Origin: Squalus acanthias
Taxonomy: Eukaryota
Assembly: GCA_030390025.1 (NCBI GenBank)
Contig: CM059431.1
Coordinates: forward strand, 155,622,001 to 155,686,000
Direction: 5' to 3'
DNA length: 64,000 nucleotides
A program made the position numbers and the translations under genes. Positions 63,979 to 64,000 of this stretch are shown one piece after another (positions within the stretch are counted from its first letter, which is position 1; each line of letters starts with the position of its first letter). The notes below the pieces were generated by a model that worked only from the letters and a program-made list of their open reading frames with translations, searched no databases and had not been told where the DNA came from.

Positions 63979-64000
63979 GTGAGTAATTTTGAAAAAATAA

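Overview
Vertebrate genomic DNA, most likely from a cartilaginous fish (inferred from the repeat families and the NLR type). About 2-40 kb is nested retroelement debris. It holds many CR1 LINEs (one with a stop-free APE-RT ORF2, one full-length with a zinc-finger/SGNH-esterase ORF1), an L2 LINE, a second LINE family with a tRNA-like head, a Penelope-like element, a 39-bp minisatellite and copies of a ~760-bp TIR-bounded MITE. From ~42 kb to the end is a + strand, multi-exon CARD-NACHT-LRR (NLR) gene that looks pseudogenised (one frameshift, 2-3 premature stops). Its N-terminus includes a triplicated 561-nt exon, and a paralogous CARD exon lies at 81-279. Main findings: (1) a U_UUA_AAC -1 slippery site at the CR1 ORF1/ORF2 junction, with no in-frame AUG before the end of the endonuclease domain, suggesting programmed ribosomal frameshifting; (2) minimal hammerhead ribozymes in inverted Penelope terminal repeats inside NLR introns; (3) a covarying internal hairpin in the MITE family; (4) multi-layer nested insertions. 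Coordinates of decayed elements are approximate and family assignments are by eye, without database searches.
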